A stretch of 64,000 bases of DNA from Chloroflexota bacterium (GTDB lineage: Bacteria; Chloroflexota; UBA11872; VXOZ01), in assembly GCA_963662335.2 (NCBI GenBank), contig CAXXVD010000004.1, positions 192,001-256,000 of the forward strand, given 5' to 3'. Made by a program: the position numbers and the translations under genes. Positions 33,665 to 43,897 of the stretch are shown here, piece by piece. Under the pieces are notes generated by a model that saw only the letters and a program-made list of their open reading frames with translations, did not search any database and was not told the DNA's origin. Numbering within the stretch: position 1 is the stretch's first letter; each line of letters begins with the position of its first letter.

Positions 33665-34462
33665 GTGCGGGTATACCTCAGTGTTGATATGGAAGGTCTG
33701 GCCGGGGTCGCCCTGCGCGAGCAGATTTCCCGCTACTTAGGCGGACGCCACTATCAGCAGGGGCGCAGATTGGTCATGGCGGAGGTCAACGCGGCGGTGC
33801 AGGGCGCGTTCGACGGCGGCGCGACTGCGGTCATCGTGCACGACAACCACGGCAGCAGCATGAACCTGCAAATCGATGCGCTCTATCCCCGCGTGCACGT
33901 GTTCATGGGCAACCTGCCCTACCCGCGCTACGCGCTCCTAGAACCGGACGTGGACCTCTACTTCTGCCTGGGTTACCACGCCGCGCAGGGCGCATTGCAC
34001 GCTTTTCGCGACCACACCGTGAGTTCATCGCGCTGGAGCGACGTCCGGCTCAATGGCGTCGCCATGGGCGAACTGGGTTTGAGCGCGGCCTGCGCGGGTG
34101 TGCACGGCGTTCCCGTGGGTCTGGTGGCCGGCGACGACAAAGTCTGCGCCGAAGCCCGCGCGCTGCTGGGACCGGCAATAGAGGCGGTCACGGTAAAGAC
34201 CGGACTCGGCCGCCATGCCGCCGCGCTCTTGCCCGTTGCCGCGCAGCACGCGCTCATTCGCCGGACCGCGGCCCGGGCAGTGCGGCGCGCGCGGGAGTTC
34301 ACGCCGTTCGTCGTTGCGCCGCCGTACGAACTCTGCGTGCAGTACACCTCTGCGGCGTACCTGGACGCCCGCGCCTGCGACGGCGAGCGCCGCGTGCGGG
34401 AGGATGGCACGACGCTCTGCTTGCGGGGCGAAAATCTCATCGAACTGCTAGGCGAAATGTGA
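33665..34462 (+). CDS. M55 family D-aminopeptidase (DppA-like)
   Basis: SVDMEG, EVNAAV.G, DNHG, GYHA, HT, GE, V.GDD. Confidence 0.9.
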   Translation: MRVYLSVDMEGLAGVALREQISRYLGGRHYQQGRRLVMAEVNAAVQGAFDGGATAVIVHDNHGSSMNLQIDALYPRVHVFMGNLPYPRYALLEPDVDLYFCLGYHAAQGALHAFRDHTVSSSRWSDVRLNGVAMGELGLSAACAGVHGVPVGLVAGDDKVCAEARALLGPAIEAVTVKTGLGRHAAALLPVAAQHALIRRTAARAVRRAREFTPFVVAPPYELCVQYTSAAYLDARACDGERRVREDGTTLCLRGENLIELLGEM

Positions 34463-35427
34463 TGGCGCGGCGCATACTCCTCTGGCCGATTTGCCTCTTG
34501 CTTCTCTTCTTGCCGGTTGGCTGCGCGGCGGAGAACGTCCAACAGCGCGCCGCGCGCCTGTACGACGCCGTCCGCGCGCAGCCGCAACTCCAACCGCCTG
34601 CCGACTACGCGCCGCCACCGCAAGCAACCGTGAGCGCGGACCCAATCGCCAAGGCGGACGTGCTGGTCTTTGCGGCCAGGCCGGGAGATGCCCTTGTGTC
34701 GGCCTACGCGCTGATCACCCAGGCGGCGGCGCAGGGACAGCGCGTGGTCATCGTCTACGTGACCAACGGCGATGCCCAAACCAGCGCGGCCCAGGCCCTG
34801 GCGGCGCTGCCCGCCGACGCGACGCCTACGCCGCAGCAGTATCTGCGCGCGGCGGCGATTCTCCAGGAACGAGCGCTGGAGGTTGCGGTGAATGCCGCCG
34901 GTTTGGAGGTGAGCGCCGTGATCTTCCTCGGGTATCCCGACGGCACCTTGCATGAACTGCAAAGCGCAACGCCGGACCGGGTCGTGCGCTCGCCGTACAC
35001 CGGCAAGGACGGTGTCCATGACGCCGCGGTCACACCGTATCGCATCGCCCGCTCCGGCCAAGGCGTGCCCTACACCTTCAACGCAATCCTCCACGACCTG
35101 AACGACGTGCTTGTGGAACTGAACCCCAGCGAGATATACTTGCCTTCGCCCGCGAGCGCGGACGAGACTGCGGCTGCGGCGGGAAGGCTCATTGCCCGTT
35201 CGCTGCGCGAGGTTGCGCCACGCGACGCGCGGGTGTTCGTCTACGCGCGCGAGCCGGACGCGCGGCAAGCCCCGGACCGCCGCGTTCTCGCGACCGCCCC
35301 GGCCGCTAAGCAACGCGCGCTGGCCGCCTTTGCGGTAGGATTCGAGGACGCACATTGGCCCACCGTGCCGTCCGCGCTGTTGGAGGCGGAGCCGTTCTGG
35401 GAGTTTGACTACAATACCGGCGCATGA
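34462..35427 (+). CDS. PIG-L/LmbE-fold lipoprotein lacking the metal-binding His motifs
   Basis: Lipobox-like LPVGC; V.VTNGD and FLGYPDG present; HPDD replaced by RPGD. Confidence 0.7.
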   Translation: MARRILLWPICLLLLFLPVGCAAENVQQRAARLYDAVRAQPQLQPPADYAPPPQATVSADPIAKADVLVFAARPGDALVSAYALITQAAAQGQRVVIVYVTNGDAQTSAAQALAALPADATPTPQQYLRAAAILQERALEVAVNAAGLEVSAVIFLGYPDGTLHELQSATPDRVVRSPYTGKDGVHDAAVTPYRIARSGQGVPYTFNAILHDLNDVLVELNPSEIYLPSPASADETAAAAGRLIARSLREVAPRDARVFVYAREPDARQAPDRRVLATAPAAKQRALAAFAVGFEDAHWPTVPSALLEAEPFWEFDYNTGA

Positions 35428-35482
35428 GCAACACGCCGGACAAAACTGGGTCTTCAACCGCATTACCCTGGAGATGACTGAC

Positions 35483-36352
35483 ATGTCCATGCCCCGCCCG
35501 TCGCTGCACGCCTCTATCTTGCAACCCGGCTTTTCGTTGGCAGAGATGCTCGCGCTCGCCAAGCGCTTTGGGTTTCCCGGTGTAGACTGCTCATTCAACG
35601 AAGTGCGGGCATTGGTGGAAGAGACGTCGGCCGCGGCCGTGCGCGATCTCTTTGCCGCGCACAATACGGCGCCGTCGTACATGGGACTGCTGCCGGCCGG
35701 CATCTACGCGCCGGAAGATGAGTTCACGCGGTCGCTTGCTCTCTTCTCCGATAACTGTGCGGTTGCGGCGTCGGTTGGCTGCCAACGCACCGGCGGTTAC
35801 TTTCCCAATCGCACCGCGCTGCCGCCGGACGAAGCCCGGCGCATCCTCAAGGAGCGCACGGCAATCCTGGCGGAGCGTGCGGAGCCGCACGGCATTGCCA
35901 TCGGGCTGGAGTTTCTCGGCGTGCGCACCTTCCGGCTGGACGACCCCCACGCCTTCATCAGCAACGTGCCCGACACCATGGAGCTTCTCCACGAGACCGG
36001 CCGGCCCAACGTCGGCCTGATTCTCGATTCGTTCCACTACTTCACGAGCGGCGGCGACCTGGCGCAGATTCAGGCCTTGCGCGCGCAGGACATCGTGCAC
36101 GTGCACGTGAACGACGCGCCTCACGCGGACGTGCATACGTTGGAAGACACCGACCGTGTGCTGCCGGGCAAGGGCGTGATTGACCTGACCGGGTGGTTCA
36201 AGGCCATTGCCGAAATAGGCTATGACGGCTATGTCGCCATCGAGATCTTCGACGACGCGTTTCGCAATCAGGAACGCGAAGTTGCCGTGCGCATCGCCAA
36301 GCAGGCGCTCGACGCGGTGCTGGCACAGGCGGCGCAGTCCAGCCGCGCCTAA
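35483..36352 (+). CDS. Sugar phosphate isomerase/epimerase (xylose-isomerase-like TIM barrel)
   Basis: GLEF, LDSFH, HVHVND, R.LPG.G.IDL, GYDG..IEIF. Confidence 0.88.
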   Translation: MSMPRPSLHASILQPGFSLAEMLALAKRFGFPGVDCSFNEVRALVEETSAAAVRDLFAAHNTAPSYMGLLPAGIYAPEDEFTRSLALFSDNCAVAASVGCQRTGGYFPNRTALPPDEARRILKERTAILAERAEPHGIAIGLEFLGVRTFRLDDPHAFISNVPDTMELLHETGRPNVGLILDSFHYFTSGGDLAQIQALRAQDIVHVHVNDAPHADVHTLEDTDRVLPGKGVIDLTGWFKAIAEIGYDGYVAIEIFDDAFRNQEREVAVRIAKQALDAVLAQAAQSSRA

Positions 36353-36411
36353 CCCCCCGCGCTCGGCGGTTTCTTCTCATGCGCGCTTACGGCTAAGTTT
36401 GCTGCCATGCC

Positions 36412-36435
36412 GTAGCGCGGGGGCTTGTCCCCCGC
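36412..36435 (+). repeat. GTAG REP family A
   Basis: GTAGCGCGGGGGCTTGTCCCCCGC between convergent genes. Confidence 0.85.
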
Positions 36436-36471
36436 CTCTTGGCAAGAAGGCGCACGTCTTGGCAAAAGCGC

Positions 36472-37347
36472 CTAGACGTTCACACTGCTGTACGCCAGCA
36501 GAACCGCGCCCAGCGCAATCACCACCGCGCCGCCAATGCGCGGCGCCGCCGACGGCTCGCGCAATATCACCACGCCCAACACCGTCCCAATCACCACGCC
36601 CACTTCCCGCAGCGGCGCTACCTGGCTCACCTGGGCGAACGAGAGCGCCACCAACGCGAGACTGTACGCCAGCGGCGAGAGCACCGCGCCCGCGCCCATC
36701 GTAAGCGGGGAGGCGCGCCACGCGCCGAGCAGCGCGTCCACCCGGCGGCGCAGCAGCCACGACATGGCGATGGCGGGGCCGAGGAACGCTCCGGTAACGT
36801 ACAGCAGCGGCGGCACGTGCGAAACGCCCACTTTGTCCCACAGCGAGTACGTGGCAATGGTCACGCCGGTTACGGCGGCGAAGACGAGGCCGGCCGCGGG
36901 ACGGAAGTGGGCTGCCAGGGATTGCCGTGAAAAGTCAGCCGGAATTTGGAGAATCAGCAGTCCCAGCACGATGCCGCCGATGCCGAGCCCCTGCGCCAAC
37001 GTGATGTGCTCGCCCAGGATGAGCACCGCGCCGATGGGCGTGAGCGCCACGCCCATGCCTCGAGCGAGCGGATAGACCAGCGACATGTCGCCGTGCTCGT
37101 AGGCGAGGGCGAGCAGCGCGAAGTAGAACGCGTGGATGATCGCGGTGCCGAGAAAGAAACCCCAGCCAATGAGGGAGACCGTTGCTCCGGAAAGCACGTA
37201 AAGGGCCATGGGCAGCGTGGCGATAGTGCCGGCTACGCAGATGTTCCACGTGTAGATGAGCGGCCTGCCGCTGCGCTTGAGCAGCAGATTCCAGGTGGCG
37301 TGGGCCAGAGCCGCCGCCAGCACGAGCGCCAGCGCAAGCAGGGTCAT
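36472..37347 (-). CDS. DMT/EamA family transporter
   Basis: HATWN, AY..GDMSLVYPLARG, YSLWDK.G, APLRE; about 10 TM segments. Confidence 0.88.
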   Translation of the reverse strand: MTLLALALVLAAALAHATWNLLLKRSGRPLIYTWNICVAGTIATLPMALYVLSGATVSLIGWGFFLGTAIIHAFYFALLALAYEHGDMSLVYPLARGMGVALTPIGAVLILGEHITLAQGLGIGGIVLGLLILQIPADFSRQSLAAHFRPAAGLVFAAVTGVTIATYSLWDKVGVSHVPPLLYVTGAFLGPAIAMSWLLRRRVDALLGAWRASPLTMGAGAVLSPLAYSLALVALSFAQVSQVAPLREVGVVIGTVLGVVILREPSAAPRIGGAVVIALGAVLLAYSSVNV

Positions 37348-37795
37348 GGCGGCGTCTCGCCGGCGCACGCCCCGGCGGTCTGCGCGCGCACGCGGGCTCT
37401 GGGCCTTTGCGCCGGTTCTTGTCGATTCATGCGTGGTTGGCGTCTAACTCTGCGCCGCGCGCGGTTGGCGGCGGTCGTGAGAAACTTTCCCAAGTATACC
37501 CCGTTTCGCCCGGCGCGGTGACGCCGCCAATGGACGCTTCCGGTGTGGCCATGACGATCCGGCCGCGCGCCGGGCTCTCTAGCGTAACCCCGCAAGAGGA
37601 TTGCGTATCTCTTGTTGGAACTGTATGTGCGGCACGAGCATGACTTGCCCGCCTTGTTGGATTGGAGTAAGCTACCAACGGCATAAATCGCAGCCGCGAC
37701 AGTCACCGCCGGATCGGAATGCTTGGCCAGGCGGAAGACTGGCTGCCGCGTCTCGTGTTGCGTCCGTTCAGCGGCAGACCTAGGAGGGCACGAAC

Positions 37796-39181
37796 ATGAA
37801 GGCGAATCTAGAGAGTCTCAGCCGAAGGCGGCTCTTGCAGGGCATGGGCGGGGCGGCAGGCGCGCTGGCCTTGGCCGCGTGCGGCACGGTGGCCACAACC
37901 CCCGCCGAGGCCCCCGTAGAGCAGGAAGCCGCGGCGCCCAAAGAAGAGCAGAAAGCGCCCGAACCGGCCGAACCCACCGACGTGGAATTCTTGATCGGCC
38001 CCTTTGCCGGGCGCAGCCCGGACGCCATAGAAGCGTGGCTGGCCAACTTCCATGAGAAAAATCCGGCTATCCAGATCAAGCTGATCATCGCGGAAGCGGG
38101 CACCAACTATCAGCAGCAAATCGCCACGTTCGTGGCGGCCGGCGCGAACGCGGACGTGGTGCACATGTCCGGCGGGCACTTCACCTACGCCGCCGAGGGC
38201 GTGCTGGTCAATCTGGATGACTTGATCAAGGCGGACGCTGACTTCGATATCGCGGCCTACTATCCGCGCGTCACCGAGTTCTACCGCGTGCCGGAAGGCG
38301 GGCAGTGGGCCTTGCCCTGGAACCACGCCACCGAGGGCGTCTACTACAACAAGACGCTGCTGGCCGAGGCCGGCCTGGATGAACCGAGCGAGGACTGGAC
38401 GTGGGACGATCTGCGCGAGATGGCCCGTGTCCTGACGAAGGACGCCAACAACGACGGCGAACCGGAATCGTGGGGCGTCGAATTCCGCTTGGTGCGCATC
38501 GACCACGTGCTGCGCTCGTTTGGCGGCGGCTTTCTGGCCGACGACAACACGCGGTCGGTCATAACGGATCCCAAGTCGATCGCCGGGCTGCAGTTCATTG
38601 CCGACTTGATCCTCAAGGACCGCACCCACCCGTACCCGGCGTTGGGTTGGCGAAACGGGTTCTCCCAGGGCAAGATCGCGATTTCCTTCTTGCCGGAGTG
38701 GGCCGCGGTGCGGCTGGCCGGCGTCGAGGGGCTTGACTTCGACGTCGGCCTCATGCCGCAAGGCCCGGAGGGCAGATTTACGTTTTCCGGCTCCGGCGGC
38801 GCGTCCATGTTCAGCACGTCGGATGCCCACGATGCTTCCTGGGAGGTGCTGAAGTGGTTCTGCAATTACGACGGCGGCGAGTGGGGGATGGCGCGGGCAA
38901 TTTCCTTCCCGGCCGGTTCTCCAACCGCGTTGATCGCGGCCAATGAGTACTTCTGGAACGAGTACCTCACCACGCCGGAGAACCGCACGCGCTTCCTGAA
39001 GAATCCCGACTTTGCCGTGGTGCCGTTCGGCGGCAGTTGGGACGGCAGGTTCTTCGACCAAAGCTCGCGCGCGGCGCTGCCCCAAATCTGGGAAGGCGCG
39101 AAGTCCGTGGAAGAGGTGGCGCGGGAACTGGACGCCATGTGGGTGGCGCGGCTGGAGGAAACGGGCAGGCTCAAGGGCTAG
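37796..39181 (+). CDS. Carbohydrate ABC transporter solute-binding lipoprotein (Tat signal)
   Basis: SRRRLL and LAAC; YYNKTL, WTWDD, FSQGKIA; AGGAGG RBS. Confidence 0.88.
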   Translation: MKANLESLSRRRLLQGMGGAAGALALAACGTVATTPAEAPVEQEAAAPKEEQKAPEPAEPTDVEFLIGPFAGRSPDAIEAWLANFHEKNPAIQIKLIIAEAGTNYQQQIATFVAAGANADVVHMSGGHFTYAAEGVLVNLDDLIKADADFDIAAYYPRVTEFYRVPEGGQWALPWNHATEGVYYNKTLLAEAGLDEPSEDWTWDDLREMARVLTKDANNDGEPESWGVEFRLVRIDHVLRSFGGGFLADDNTRSVITDPKSIAGLQFIADLILKDRTHPYPALGWRNGFSQGKIAISFLPEWAAVRLAGVEGLDFDVGLMPQGPEGRFTFSGSGGASMFSTSDAHDASWEVLKWFCNYDGGEWGMARAISFPAGSPTALIAANEYFWNEYLTTPENRTRFLKNPDFAVVPFGGSWDGRFFDQSSRAALPQIWEGAKSVEEVARELDAMWVARLEETGRLKG

Positions 39182-39314
39182 CGTTCGTTCTGTTGCAACG
39201 GAACGCCATTGGCTTGAATCCACATCTCCGCAGGCCCCCGCGCTTGCGGAGATGTGCCTTAGTTGGATCATTGTCGCCTTCGGGCACTCTCGCGGAAGAT
39301 GAGGTTTCTGATTG

Positions 39315-40547
39315 ATGAGCGCAATTCGCGTCGGCGTCGTCGGCATTGGCGGCCGCGGGCAGAACTACCTGCGGTGGCTCAGCGAGGTTGACCGCCGCGC
39401 CTACCTGGGCGCCGACCGGCACTGGAGCCACACCAAGCGCACCTCGTACTGGGGCACCGTGCTGCGGGAATCGCGGGACATCGCCTTTCCCGAGGAGATG
39501 TACAAGCAGTACGCGCGCGGCCTCGAGGAATACGGCATCGTCGAGACGCGCAACCTGAAGGCCGACATCGTAGCCGTTTGCGACGTGCAGGAAGACCATC
39601 TGGCGATGGCGCGGCAGATTCTCACCGAGGAGCTTGGGCGGGAAGCCCCGCAGACCTACAGCGACTATCGTCGGATGCTCGATGAAGCGGCGCTGGACGC
39701 GGTGGTTGTGGTCAGCGCCAACTTCACGCACCGCGAGATTGCCGTGGCCGCGCTTGATGCGGGCGCGTGGGTGCTGTGCGACAAGCCGCTGGCGACGACG
39801 GTAGCAGACTGCCAGGCAATCGTGGACGCCGCCCATCGCAGCGGCGGCAAGCTCTTCATGGGCTTCAACGAGCGTTCCAATCCGGCGGTGACCAAAGGAC
39901 GCGAAATCGTGGCCACCGGCCAGATCGGCCAGCCGCAAATGGTGCTGTCACGCTCGATTCGTCCCCCGTTCGCGCCCACGCCCTGGCGTTACAGTCAAGC
40001 GCAGAGCGGCGGCGCGCTGAACGAGAAGAACAGCCATAGCTTCGACCTCTTCAACTGGTTCGTCGATTCCAAGCCCCGGCGCGTGATGGGCGTTGGCGGA
40101 CAGCACGTGCTGACGGAGAATAACGACATCATCGACCACGCCTGGGTGCTGGTGGAGTACGCGAACGGCGCGCGCGGCTGCCTGCAACTCTGCCTCTTTT
40201 CGCCGCCGTCAACCGGCCCGGGCGCGGTCCTGGACCTGGTGGGCGCGAACGGGCGCGTCATCGTGAAAGGCGGCTCGGTGGAGGTCTACGGACGCCGGCC
40301 GCTCAACGACCGCGCCGTCTACCACGTCAGCCGCGACAGCAACATGCCCGGGCATTCCGGCGACCTGACGCAGGCGTTCCGCTTCCTGGATTGCGTCGCG
40401 CACGACAAGCCGGCCCCGGCGCCGCCGGAAGCCGGCATGGAAAGCACGGTCATCTGCCTGGCGGCGGAAGAATCGATCCGGCGCGACGGCGAGTGGATAG
40501 ACATTGCCGACTTCATCACGCAGGGGCTTGGACGGTCGGGGAGTTAG
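39315..40547 (+). CDS. Gfo/Idh/MocA family oxidoreductase
   Basis: GVVGIGGRG, CDKP, GG.L.EK.SH.FDL. Confidence 0.9.
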   Translation: MSAIRVGVVGIGGRGQNYLRWLSEVDRRAYLGADRHWSHTKRTSYWGTVLRESRDIAFPEEMYKQYARGLEEYGIVETRNLKADIVAVCDVQEDHLAMARQILTEELGREAPQTYSDYRRMLDEAALDAVVVVSANFTHREIAVAALDAGAWVLCDKPLATTVADCQAIVDAAHRSGGKLFMGFNERSNPAVTKGREIVATGQIGQPQMVLSRSIRPPFAPTPWRYSQAQSGGALNEKNSHSFDLFNWFVDSKPRRVMGVGGQHVLTENNDIIDHAWVLVEYANGARGCLQLCLFSPPSTGPGAVLDLVGANGRVIVKGGSVEVYGRRPLNDRAVYHVSRDSNMPGHSGDLTQAFRFLDCVAHDKPAPAPPEAGMESTVICLAAEESIRRDGEWIDIADFITQGLGRSGS

Positions 40548-40673
40548 GCTGAGGCGGAGTACGATACGCGTCCAGTGTGCTATGATGGAATTACCAGCAG
40601 CGCGGTAGGAATTAGCCGCGCCTGGCGTTTCGATGCCAGCGTATTCTGAACCAAGCGCCTACCGTAAGAGGAA

Positions 40674-41129
40674 GTGACTTTGGCCGCAGCGCGTTCGCAA
40701 CTCGCAACCTCCAATGCCAAGCGGCTGCTGCGGTCGTCCGGCCGCCGCTTCACCCGCCAGCGCGAGGCCATCCTGAAGATCATCCGCGAGCAACCCGGGC
40801 ACCTGGGAGCCGACGAGGTCTTTCAAATTGCGCGCCAGCGCGGTCACCGCGTGAGCCTCTCCACCGTCTACCGCACGCTCGACCTGTTGCGCGAACAGGG
40901 CCTCGTGGAAGCGGCCAACCTGCAGCAAGACCACCGCCACTTCAAGGCCGCCGGCGATGAAGAGCACCACCATCTGGTGTGCGTCTCGTGCGCGGAAGTC
41001 ATCGAGTTCAGCAGCCCCCACGTCGACCGCCTCAAAGAGGCCCTGCAAGAGGAGCACGACTTCACGATACGGAACGTGGAACTTGAGGTGGGCGGACTCT
41101 GCTCCCGCTGCGCGACCGCCCCCCGTTAG
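40674..41129 (+). CDS. Fur family transcriptional regulator
   Basis: TRQR.AIL, H..A, LSTVYRTL, HHHLVC..C, C-terminal C..C. Confidence 0.92.
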   Translation: MTLAAARSQLATSNAKRLLRSSGRRFTRQREAILKIIREQPGHLGADEVFQIARQRGHRVSLSTVYRTLDLLREQGLVEAANLQQDHRHFKAAGDEEHHHLVCVSCAEVIEFSSPHVDRLKEALQEEHDFTIRNVELEVGGLCSRCATAPR

Positions 41130-41854
41130 CCGCCCGCAATCTCAAGCGCGCGGTGGTGCGCGCTTGTTTCCAGGTCGTCATCCAGCGGCGGCAGTGACGA
41201 GACCCCGTGCCGCCGCTGCAGGGCTTGCAGCAGCAAGTGATCCGCGAAGGCCGGATTCTTGGGCAGCAGCGAGCCGTGGAGATAGGTGCCGTACACGTTC
41301 CGCCACCGCGCGCCCTCCGTGCCGTCCTCGCCGTTGTTGCCAAAGCCACTCACCACGGTCGCGAGCGCGGCCGCCGGTTCGTGGAGATACGTCCGGCCGC
41401 CGTGGTTCTCGAAGCCAACGAGTTTCGTGCCCTCCCACACAGTGACGATATTGCCGATGCAGCGGTGGCTGCCTGCGCCGGGATGCAGCGTATAGGCCGG
41501 CAGCGCCGCGATGCCGCGCAGTTCGCTGCCGCTCGCATCGCGGTAGTATTCGCCGAAGAGTTGATAGCCGCCGCACACCGCCAGCGCCACCAGGCCGTCT
41601 TCGATAGCGTCCCGCAGCGCCGGCCCCTTCGTCTCCACCAGGTCCCGTGAAGCGAGCAGTTGTTCGCGGTCTTGCCCGCCGCCGACCAGCAGCAGATCGA
41701 GTTCAGCGGCATTAACCAGGGGTCCCGGGCCAAGGCTCCGCACTTCCACCGCGATGTCCCGCCAGCGGCAGCGTTGCGCCAAGCAGATCACGTTGCCGCG
41801 GTCCGCGTACATGTTCATGAGACGTGGATAGAGATGGCCGATTACCAGTTTCAC
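41126..41854 (-). CDS. gatD: Lipid II isoglutaminyl synthase glutaminase subunit
   Basis: HLYP..MNMYADRGN, GGGQDREQ, CGGYQL, GFENHGGRT, TYLHGSLLPKNP; overlaps murT. Confidence 0.9.
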   Translation of the reverse strand: MKLVIGHLYPRLMNMYADRGNVICLAQRCRWRDIAVEVRSLGPGPLVNAAELDLLLVGGGQDREQLLASRDLVETKGPALRDAIEDGLVALAVCGGYQLFGEYYRDASGSELRGIAALPAYTLHPGAGSHRCIGNIVTVWEGTKLVGFENHGGRTYLHEPAAALATVVSGFGNNGEDGTEGARWRNVYGTYLHGSLLPKNPAFADHLLLQALQRRHGVSSLPPLDDDLETSAHHRALEIAGG

Positions 41855-43275
41855 GCCTGCGTCTCCCAATAGTCTCGTACGAACCCGCGCTCGGTCCAAA
41901 CCCGGCGCATTGCCAGCATACCGGTGTAGGTAGCCAATATGAAGAGCGTGCCCCCGGCGGGCGTCCCGGCAAGCGCATGGTCGAACGCGCCCGCGATGTC
42001 GCGCATCACGGTGATGGACTCCGCGCCGGCGTATTTCAGGCGTACCGCCATGTCCTCCGCCCGGCGGCCGCCCGTCGTGATCGACGCGCTCGCAAGACTC
42101 TCGAAGTCAACGTCCCAAATCCACGAGACGTCATGCCCGTCCGCAGCGCGGTCTTGGAGAATCACAAGCGTGTGCAGCGGCGCTTCCTCAGCGGCGAGCA
42201 GCCGCAGCACCTGGTTCGCGCCGATTGGATTCTTGATGAGGAGCAGCCAGACCTGCCGCCCGCCGGTCTCGATGCGCTCGGCGCGTCCAAAGGCGGGAAT
42301 GGTGGCGCCAAGACCCTGGGAAATCGCGTCCGCGGCCGCGCCCACGTGCCACGCGGCCGTAACGGCAGCCAGCGCGTTGTACACGTTATAGAGCCCCGGC
42401 ACGCGCAAACGGAGGGACAGGTCGGCCTCCGGCAGCGCGACGGTGAGTCCCGCGCCCTCCAGGCCGCGCATGACGACGTTCGTCGCGCGCACCTCGCGCT
42501 CTGGCCGCCGCCAGCCGCACGCCGGGCAGGCGTATGCGCCCAGATGTCCGTAGTACGCGCCCGTGTACGTCAAAGGGGTAGCGTCCTGCGGACAGTAGTG
42601 CGAATCCGCCGCCAACTCGACGTCGGCGCGCGCCAAGCCGGGAGCGTCTACGCCAAAGTAGCGCACCGGACCGCCATAGCCCTCACCGAGGCTCGCCACC
42701 AGCGGATCATCGCCGTTGAGCAGCAACGCGGTGGCGGGGCCTAGCTCCGCAAACGCGGCGCGCAAGCCCGCGGCAATCGTCTGCACCTCGCCGTAGCGGT
42801 CGAGTTGATCGCGAAAGAGGTTGGTCACCACGATGCAGGACGGCTGATGCTGCCGGAGCGCCGGCACGATCGCGGCCTCGTCCAACTCCATGACGCCAAT
42901 GCTCGCCGGCGCGAGGCGCAGCCGGCCGTCCCACGCCGCGTGCGCGAGCAGCGCGCTCAGGACGCCGCGGGTCAAATTCGAGCCCGTGGCGTTATGTAAA
43001 ACCGAGCGGCCGTCCGCGGCCAGGACGTTGCGCAGCAGGGCGGCCGTGGTCGTCTTGCCGTTGGTGCCGGTGACGAAGATCGTGCCGCCGGGTATCTGGC
43101 GCAACAGGAAGCCAAGCAAGCCCGGCGCAACGTGCTCGGCCACGAGCCCCGGGAGCGCCGTGCCGCCGCCCTGCCGCAGGCGGCGCGAAAAGAGGCCGGC
43201 GCCTCTCGCCAGTTGCACGGCCAGAATCCGGCGCAAGCGGGAGAGAGCGTCCTCTTTCATCCGCGATTTCGTCAT
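41851..43275 (-). CDS. murT: Lipid II isoglutaminyl synthase Mur-ligase subunit
   Basis: GGT.LPG, TGTNGKTTT, NLFRDQLDRYGE, zinc finger, KNP.G, DG.DVSWIWD.DFE, TYT.ML. Confidence 0.92.
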   Translation of the reverse strand: MTKSRMKEDALSRLRRILAVQLARGAGLFSRRLRQGGGTALPGLVAEHVAPGLLGFLLRQIPGGTIFVTGTNGKTTTAALLRNVLAADGRSVLHNATGSNLTRGVLSALLAHAAWDGRLRLAPASIGVMELDEAAIVPALRQHQPSCIVVTNLFRDQLDRYGEVQTIAAGLRAAFAELGPATALLLNGDDPLVASLGEGYGGPVRYFGVDAPGLARADVELAADSHYCPQDATPLTYTGAYYGHLGAYACPACGWRRPEREVRATNVVMRGLEGAGLTVALPEADLSLRLRVPGLYNVYNALAAVTAAWHVGAAADAISQGLGATIPAFGRAERIETGGRQVWLLLIKNPIGANQVLRLLAAEEAPLHTLVILQDRAADGHDVSWIWDVDFESLASASITTGGRRAEDMAVRLKYAGAESITVMRDIAGAFDHALAGTPAGGTLFILATYTGMLAMRRVWTERGFVRDYWETQA

Positions 43276-43398
43276 TCACCGCCAGCGGCGCTTGCACCGT
43301 GAGAACAACGCGACACACTCCCGTCAATCCCGCGCCTGCGGGCATTCATCTCCGCCGCGCTCATGCCGTCATTACTCTGAAAATAGCGCCACGGCCTC

Positions 43399-43473
43399 CG
43401 TCATTCCCGCGAAAGCGGGAATCCATCTTGTCGCTCACGTGGAAGATGGATTCCCGCTTTCGCGGGAATGACG
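43399..43473. repeat. Palindromic element family C
   Basis: CGTCATTCCCGCGAAAGCGGGAATCCATCTT...AAGATGGATTCCCGCTTTCGCGGGAATGACG. Confidence 0.9.
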
Positions 43474-43493
43474 GATAGGAAAGCTACTTGCTC

Positions 43494-43835
43494 TCAGAAC
43501 CGCTCGAACCGCTCCACGTCCAGCACGAAGATGACCGCGCCGCCCACCTGCACTTCCACCGGATAGGGCATGTAGAATTCGCCGGGTTCCATGGCCGGCG
43601 GCATCGGGTTGACGTACTGCATGCGGGTGGTGCAGTTCCGCCGGATCACCACCAGCACCTCGCTGACCTGCTCCTCTTCCACGCCCACCAGCACCGTCGC
43701 GTTGCCGTGCCGCAGAAAACCGCCCGCCGTATTGATGCGCGTGGCGCCAAAGCCGGCCTGCACCAAGCTATCGACCAGGTTGCCCGCGTCCTCGTCCTGG
43801 ACGATTGCCACGACGAGTTTCATGCTTTTGTCCAT
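43494..43835 (-). CDS. darA: Cyclic di-AMP receptor, PII-like (DarA/PstA/YaaQ family)
   Basis: MKLVVAIVQDEDA, T.GGFL..GN.T, C..R, VEVQVGGA.IFV..VE.F. Confidence 0.85.
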   Translation of the reverse strand: MDKSMKLVVAIVQDEDAGNLVDSLVQAGFGATRINTAGGFLRHGNATVLVGVEEEQVSEVLVVIRRNCTTRMQYVNPMPPAMEPGEFYMPYPVEVQVGGAVIFVLDVERFERF

Positions 43836-43897
43836 GCCGTATTACTCCCCGCCACAGGTTCTCGCAAACCCAGCCGCAGCCACAGCAAACATCCGGT

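Noticed and set aside
37348-37795. Riboswitch or ncRNA in the long intergenic region before the binding protein
   Set aside because: No recognisable aptamer consensus or terminator; compatible with divergent promoters.
39221-39256. Hairpin CACATCTCCGCA/TGCGGAGATGTG as a terminator or new repeat family
   Set aside because: Single copy with no U-tract; probably an mRNA-stabilising stem.
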